Part shown: one piece after another, positions 36,201 to 40,695 of the stretch
Layout of the letters: every line of letters begins with the position of its first letter
Numbering within the stretch: position 1 is the stretch's first letter
Sequence record: SRR20825019_1894
Reading direction: 5' to 3' (one strand)
DNA length: 40,695 nt
Program-made: the position numbers and the translations under genes
The notes under the pieces: generated by a model
Database searches by the model: none
Told to the model about the DNA's origin: nothing
Seen by the model: only the letters and a program-made list of their open reading frames with translations

Positions 36201-36412
36201 CCTCGTTCGCCTTCTCCTTCGGCGTGCTCCCGCTCGCCATCGCGACGGGGGCAAGCGCGGCCAGCCAGAATGCCATCGGCACGGGCGTGCTCGGCGGCAT
36301 GATTTCCGCAACCGTTCTCGCGGTCTTCTTCGTCCCGGTCTTCTTCGTCTTCGTGATGACATTGTTCGGACGGAAGAAGACAGAAGAAGAAGCGCCGGAA
36401 GCGGCTGAATAG
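33287..36412 (+). CDS. HAE1-family RND efflux transporter (AcrB/MexB-like)
   Basis: FFIDRPIFAWV, LPVAQYP, proton-relay motifs ILVDDAIVVVENVER and GLSAKNAILIVEF, and RFRPILMTS. Confidence 0.97.
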   Translation: MASFFIDRPIFAWVVAIFIMLAGALAIPFLPVAQYPNVAPPQITVSTSYPGATPEDMYESVTRPIENELNGIPGLLYFESTSDSSGQISITVTFEPGTDVANAQVEVQNRISRVESSLPESVSRQGMRIERAGTGFLLVVTLTSTDGTLDAIGLGDYLSRNVDGEIRRIGGVGNTRLFSTEQSMRVWLDPDKMLGLNLTSEDVVNAIQAQNAQVAAGRIGAKPVAKDQQIAASVLVKGQLKTPEEFGAIVLRAQLDGSTVRLRDVARIEVGGEAYTSAARLNGHPTAAIGVQLSPSGNALETANAIEAKMEELARFFPDGVEYKIPYNTAPFVEVSIEKVLHTLIEAVGLVFIVMLIFLQSFRYTIIPTLVVPVALLGTCAVMMASGFSINVLTMFAMVLAIGILVDDAIVVVENVERIMSEEGLSPREATRKAMKQITGAIVGITLVLMAVFVPMAFFPGAVGVIYQQFSLTMVVSILFSGFLALSLTPALCASFLKPVEAGHSMEKRGVLGWFNRGFDKTARNYSSFVGRMTHRAGRYMIIYLALLAGLGYLWMQLPTAFIPNEDQGYLLVDMQAPAEASANRTMEVIKQVEDTFIGKEGVAQIVTVAGFSFSGTGDNAAIAFVPLKDWSERGADLSATAIAGRANGQLFQIKDGQTFALSPPPIRGLGNSSGFDFRLQDRGGLGHEALVEGTNRLLSEGRQSPILQGLRISGLPDAVQVNLNVDREKANTFGVTFADINATISTQLGSTYVNDFPNVGRMQRVTVQADQDQRMSTDDILKMTVRNTHGGMVPLSNFVTVEWVTGAAQVVGYNGYPTIRISGQAAPGYSSGDAIAEMERIANDLGPGFGYEWTGQSLQEIQSGAQAPLLIALSIIFVFLLLAALYESWSIPISVMLVVPLGAIGSVLAVMSRDMPNDVYFLVGLIAIIGLSAKNAILIVEFAKDLRAEGQSLFDATVEAARLRFRPILMTSFAFSFGVLPLAIATGASAASQNAIGTGVLGGMISATVLAVFFVPVFFVFVMTLFGRKKTEEEAPEAAE

Positions 36413-36440
36413 GTCATACATTTGAACTATGAAACCTGGG

Positions 36441-36469
36441 CGGCTGGTGTCGCCCGGGCACACCAGCCG
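36441..36469 (+). terminator. Hairpin downstream of the RND operon (probable terminator)
   Basis: CGGCTGGTGT...ACACCAGCCG forms a 10-bp perfect stem, but the U-tract is weak. Confidence 0.5.
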
Positions 36470-36539
36470 GCTTCACCGACACCGGAAGCTATTCCCTAAA
36501 TTCTTGATTTACACGGCTGTTCGGTTTGCCATATCCGCT

Positions 36540-37142
36540 ATGGAAATGAGCCATCATAGGCGCACGCAAAAAGCGGTGCCTTCAGGTCGAGAACCGACGG
36601 TGCATGCCAGAACAGGCGCCGATGCAGACAAGCGCGGCGCTTTCGCAGGCATGACCCGGCTGTTCCGCATCTGGCAGGCTTTACCCAGACAAAAAAAGCG
36701 CCGGAATCTTGATCCGGTCGCGATCGGACCGGAATTACTCCCGCATCTTTGTCTCGGTCATTTCCTCGAAGGTGGAACCGACTTCCGCTACGATCTCATC
36801 GGCGCCCAGATAGCAAGGTTGGCGCCGCGTCTCGCGCCGGGATCCCTGGCCAGTGACACGTTGCGGATACAGGCGGCGGAGCACGACCATATCCTCTCAC
36901 TGTTCTTGCAAGCAGGCACAAGTCAGCGGCCGCGCGTAGTCGAAGTCCGATACAAATCTGTTGATGGCGTTCCCTTGCGGGTCTTTGCCGCCTTGCTGCC
37001 TCTTGGGCTCAATCCGGACCGGGTCTGCGCCGAGGACCTTCTGCTGGCTGTCTGGCGGACGAAAGTCAGCGACGTGATTACCGCCGACAGCTCAACGGAT
37101 TTGACAGGCGAGTTCATGCAATTTTCCGGCATCAGGATCTGA
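36540..37142 (+). CDS. PAS_5 (DUF1457)-type domain protein
   Basis: LFRIWQAL...RRNLDPVAIGPELLPH...FRYDLIG...LLPL. Start uncertain (36540, 36546 or 36651). Confidence 0.65.
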   Translation: MEMSHHRRTQKAVPSGREPTVHARTGADADKRGAFAGMTRLFRIWQALPRQKKRRNLDPVAIGPELLPHLCLGHFLEGGTDFRYDLIGAQIARLAPRLAPGSLASDTLRIQAAEHDHILSLFLQAGTSQRPRVVEVRYKSVDGVPLRVFAALLPLGLNPDRVCAEDLLLAVWRTKVSDVITADSSTDLTGEFMQFSGIRI

Positions 37143-37161
37143 CGGCAAGAAGCCGCAGCAG

Positions 37162-37563
37162 TTAATGATCCGACGCGGGGAACTGCGGCAGATCATCCTC
37201 GATTCCGTAATAGTCCCCCTTGTCCGCGACATAGATATGCCCACGCACACTCAGGTTTGACGGGCCATCCAGAGCGCCGAGCGACACGGAAATACGCGGA
37301 CTGTCCGTATCCACGAAAAACAAAGCGGAGCCGCATTCCGAGCAAAAACCCCGGCGCGCCTTGTCGCTTGAGCGATACCATTTAAGGCCACGATCTTCGG
37401 ATATCCTGAGATCGTCCTTGTTCAGGGTCGAGGAAACCCATGCCTGACTGGCCTGCTTTCGGCACATGGCGCAATGGCAAGCCACCGGTTGTTTCATCTG
37501 CCCGGAAATCTCGAAACGCACAGCGCCACAAAGACATCCACCTTCCCGACTCTTTTCTCCCAC
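37162..37563 (-). CDS. GFA / CENP-V family zinc-binding protein
   Basis: GGCLCGAVRF, CHCAMCRK and RGFCSECGS. GTG 37563 has a GGAGG RBS. Confidence 0.9.
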   Translation of the reverse strand: MGEKSREGGCLCGAVRFEISGQMKQPVACHCAMCRKQASQAWVSSTLNKDDLRISEDRGLKWYRSSDKARRGFCSECGSALFFVDTDSPRISVSLGALDGPSNLSVRGHIYVADKGDYYGIEDDLPQFPASDH

Positions 37564-37715
37564 GGCACCAGCCTCCCACTCAGATGACAAATTCAACGCC
37601 GGAATGTTCCTTTTTTGTTCCAGCATGTCAATAACCAGCTTAAAAGCGGGTCATTGGACAACAAGCCGCGTAACGCCTAATCCTCAGCAGGCACATAACT
37701 CCCCGGCGAAAGATC

Positions 37716-38741
37716 ATGCACCCTTCTCTTGGAATGTTTTCAGACACCTACTTCACGGCCCGGCGCCGTTTCCTGCAGGCGGTTAAAACCAGGGGCTATG
37801 CACTGGAAACAGCGCGCCATCCCCTGAGCGATGAATTTCCGGCCGAGGTCGCGACAGACACGGTGCGGATTGGTCCGGACAGCGCCCGGCACGTTCTTTT
37901 CATCAGCTCCGGCCTGCACGGCACGGAACTGACGGCCGGGTCGGGTATCCAGCTTGGCCTGCTGGAAGAAATTGAAGCATGGCTCCCGGCGGACACGGCG
38001 GCGGTGTTCATTCACGGCGTCAACCCGTTCGGCTCGGCCGCCATGACGCGGACGGACGAAAACAATATCGACCCGAACCGCAACAATCGCCTGTCCTTCG
38101 ATCCCCTGCCGCAGAACCCGGATTACGACGCGCTGCATGATGCGCTTTGCCCGGCCCACTGGTCCGGCCCAGAGCGCGATGCGGCGGAAGCGCGGATCGC
38201 GGCTTACATAGATAAAAACGGTTTCGATAAGTTCGGCCGCAATGTCCTCTCCGGCCAATACAGCCATGCGGACGGACTGTTCTATGGCGGCACCGCGCGA
38301 AGCTGGACCATCCAGAACCTGTCGGACACCGTCATCCGGCATGGCGCCGGAGCCGAAAGGCTGGCGATCGCCGATCTGCACACGGGGCTTGGCAGTTATG
38401 GCGAGCTGGAAGTGATCCGCAAGGAGCAGGCACAGCTCGATAGTGACGGCATCCCCGTCCGCCATTTCGCCTGCGACGTGCTGGACGACGTTTCCTGCCC
38501 GCAATCACCGATCAAGGTCATACTTGAGTTCGGCACCTACCCGGTGGATTACATCGTTGACGCTCACCGGGCCGATACCTGGCTGAAGTTCCATGGTGAC
38601 CTGCACACGCCGCTCGGCCGGCAGATCAAGGCGCATCTGCGGGATGCCCTCTTCCGTGACGATCCAGCATGGCTGGAAGCCGTCTATACGCAAGGGATCA
38701 ATGGCTGCCGTGCGGTTCTTCAGGAGCTCACCGCAAGCTGA
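37716..38741 (+). CDS. M14-like zinc peptidase/amidohydrolase (DUF2817-like)
   Basis: SGLHGTE (HxxE), NPFG, R..ENNIDPNRN, DLHTGLG and LEFGT. Confidence 0.82.
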   Translation: MHPSLGMFSDTYFTARRRFLQAVKTRGYALETARHPLSDEFPAEVATDTVRIGPDSARHVLFISSGLHGTELTAGSGIQLGLLEEIEAWLPADTAAVFIHGVNPFGSAAMTRTDENNIDPNRNNRLSFDPLPQNPDYDALHDALCPAHWSGPERDAAEARIAAYIDKNGFDKFGRNVLSGQYSHADGLFYGGTARSWTIQNLSDTVIRHGAGAERLAIADLHTGLGSYGELEVIRKEQAQLDSDGIPVRHFACDVLDDVSCPQSPIKVILEFGTYPVDYIVDAHRADTWLKFHGDLHTPLGRQIKAHLRDALFRDDPAWLEAVYTQGINGCRAVLQELTAS

Positions 38742-38797
38742 TAAACGTAATGCGGACCGCGTTGACAAGACGCGGCCACAATGCCGGAATGCCGACC

Positions 38798-39448
38798 ATG
38801 AAAAAGCTCACCCTCACATTCGATAATGGCCCGGAGCCGGAGGTAACGCCTCTGGTGCTGGACATCCTGGCCCGGCGCGGCCTCCTCACGACTTTCTTTG
38901 TCGTTGGCCAGAAACTGCTCGATCCGGAGCGGATGGAATTGGCCACACGTGCCCGTAAAGAGGGGCACAGGATCGGCAATCACACCTTCACCCACAGCAC
39001 GCCGCTGGGGCAGATGGAGGATGCGGCAGCCGCGGTAACCGAACTGGAGCGCACGGATGAGCTGGTCGCCCGGACCGGCGAGACCGAAAAACTGTTCCGC
39101 CCGTTCGGCGGCGGCGGAAAACTGGGCCCGCATCTGTTGAACCCGCAGGTGGTCGATTTCCTTCACCGCAATGCCTATAGCTGCGTGCTCTGGAACGCGA
39201 TCCCGAGGGACTGGGCCGACCCGGACGGGTGGGTGGAGCGCGCGCTGGAGCAGATTGCATCCCAGGATCACACCTTGATTGTGCTGCACGACCTGCCGAC
39301 CGGAGCGATGGACCATCTGGACGCGTTTCTTGACCGGGCCGAATCCGCCGGTGTCGAGTTTCGCACTGACTTTCCGGAGGACTGTGTTCCGATGACCGGC
39401 GGCACGGACATGGTGCCGCTTGCTCCCTATGTCTCGGCAGCTGCGTAA
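38798..39448 (+). CDS. Polysaccharide deacetylase (CE4/NodB family), cytoplasmic
   Basis: TFDNGP, TFFVVG, GNHTFTH, FRP and VLHD. Start is 38798 or 38789. Confidence 0.88.
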   Translation: MKKLTLTFDNGPEPEVTPLVLDILARRGLLTTFFVVGQKLLDPERMELATRARKEGHRIGNHTFTHSTPLGQMEDAAAAVTELERTDELVARTGETEKLFRPFGGGGKLGPHLLNPQVVDFLHRNAYSCVLWNAIPRDWADPDGWVERALEQIASQDHTLIVLHDLPTGAMDHLDAFLDRAESAGVEFRTDFPEDCVPMTGGTDMVPLAPYVSAAA

Positions 39449-39650
39449 CCCTTTTCAAGCAAAATCCCGACTGGCGTGGATACCCTGAGCCCATACAGTA
39501 ATTCGCTCTGATTAGAGGGCGAATGACAGTCATTGTTCAGAACAGGTCGTAAATTTTATAGCGATTAAAAAGTCAGCGCGACCAAATGCAACCGCATCTT
39601 TTGCAACGCGTTTCCGTGGACCGAAAACTTTCGTTTACGCCATCAGGTAC

Positions 39651-39670
39651 TTGGTATACCAATATACCAA
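39651..39670. promoter_or_regulatory. GntR/FadR-type operator upstream of fhs
   Basis: Perfect palindrome TTGGTATACCAA immediately followed by a second TATACCAA. Confidence 0.7.
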
Positions 39671-39735
39671 GAACAAGAGCGAAGGGCCCGTTTGGGACTC
39701 GGAAGCCGCATCACGCCAGGGGAGGTCTTTAGACC

Positions 39736-40695
39736 ATGGTCATGTCCGATATTGAAGTTGCCCGCGAAGCTAAAATGAAGCCGATCATGGAGATCGGCGA
39801 CAAACTGGGAATCCCTGCTGAATCGCTTCAGCCTTTCGGCCACACGAAGGCCAAGATCGACCTCAACTACATCAAATCCCTGAAAGACAAGCCGGACGGC
39901 AAGCTGGTGCTGGTTACCGGCATCAACCCGACAGCAGCGGGCGAGGGCAAGACCACGACCTCGGTCGGCCTTGGCGATGCGCTGAACCGGATTGGCAAGA
40001 AAGCCATCATCTGCCTGCGCGAGCCGAGCCTTGGCCCGTGCTTCGGCATGAAGGGCGGCGCTGCTGGTGGCGGATACGCCCAGGTCGTGCCGATGGAAGA
40101 CATCAACCTGCACTTCACCGGCGACTTCCACGCCATTGCCGCCGCGAACAACCTGCTCGCCGCGATGATCGACAACCACATCTACTGGGGCAACAAGCTC
40201 GGCATCGACGAGCGCCGGGTGACCTGGAAACGCTGCATCGACATGAACGACCGGGCGCTGCGCCAGATCGCCAACTCCCTCGGTGGCGTGGCCAACGGCT
40301 TCCCGCGTGAGGATGGCTTCGACATCGTCGTCGCCTCCGAAGTGATGGCAATCTTCTGCCTCGCGACCGATCTGGAAGACATGAAGCGCCGCCTCGGCAA
40401 CATCATCGTCGCCTATACCCGCGACCGTAAGCCGATCTTCGCCCGCGACGTCGATGCCAACGGCGCCATGACCGTGCTGCTGCGCGACGCCCTGGCCCCG
40501 AACCTGGTGCAGACGCTGGAAAACAACCCGGCCTTCATCCATGGCGGCCCGTTCGCAAACATCGCCCATGGCTGCAACTCGGTGATGGCCACCAAGACCG
40601 CCCTGAAGCTGGGTGACTATGTGGTGACCGAAGCCGGTTTCGGTGCCGATCTTGGCGCCGAGAAGTTCTTCGACATCAAATGCCGCAAGGCCGGT
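39736..40695 (+). CDS. fhs: Formate--tetrahydrofolate ligase (5' part; runs off the right edge)
   Basis: Not in the ORF track. My translation gives [12 protein letters not shown]...[20 protein letters not shown]...[41 protein letters not shown]...[14 protein letters not shown]...[23 protein letters not shown] at 39721. Confidence 0.97.
   Translation, partial: MVMSDIEVAREAKMKPIMEIGDKLGIPAESLQPFGHTKAKIDLNYIKSLKDKPDGKLVLVTGINPTAAGEGKTTTSVGLGDALNRIGKKAIICLREPSLGPCFGMKGGAAGGGYAQVVPMEDINLHFTGDFHAIAAANNLLAAMIDNHIYWGNKLGIDERRVTWKRCIDMNDRALRQIANSLGGVANGFPREDGFDIVVASEVMAIFCLATDLEDMKRRLGNIIVAYTRDRKPIFARDVDANGAMTVLLRDALAPNLVQTLENNPAFIHGGPFANIAHGCNSVMATKTALKLGDYVVTEAGFGADLGAEKFFDIKCRKAG

Noticed and set aside
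39465-39725. ZMP/ZTP (pfl) riboswitch upstream of fhs, prompted by GACTGGCG at 39469-39476
   Set aside because: The following P2 stem, GGGGAGC segment and CGCCTGGGC 3' hairpin are not present. An Infernal search with the Rfam pfl model would settle it.
39643-40569. 308-aa minus-strand ORF
   Set aside because: Antisense shadow of fhs on the plus strand.

Overview
A GC-rich alphaproteobacterial chromosome segment, probably Rhodospirillales (inferred from gene content and the PAS_5-type proteins). In order it holds: the 5' part of urtA with an NtrC/sigma54 promoter; a divergent chemosensory locus made of two convergent operons (mcp-cheR-cheB and REC-cheW-cheA); an isolated phage-like gene; a 577-aa hypothetical protein; a family-5 (Dpp/Opp-type) ABC importer; a bacterioferritin lacking the haem Met; a class C acid phosphatase; a PruR-like periplasmic protein paired with a sensor kinase; a HAD-GntR-GNAT-flavin oxidase operon; otsB-GH15-otsA; two PAS_5 proteins; a TetR-AcrAB efflux operon; GFA, M14-like and CE4 genes; and the 5' part of fhs. 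I saw no rRNA, tRNA, CRISPR array, transposase or integrase. The best candidates for undescribed systems are (i) the chemosensory system, with a pseudo-receiver CheB, a free-standing CheB-type receiver, a pseudo-Hpt CheA, a tandem CheW, a receptor with a divergent tip and no CheY, and (ii) a putative pterin-sensing PruR-like protein coupled to a PleC/DivJ-type kinase. All calls come from reading motifs by eye; no database searches were run.
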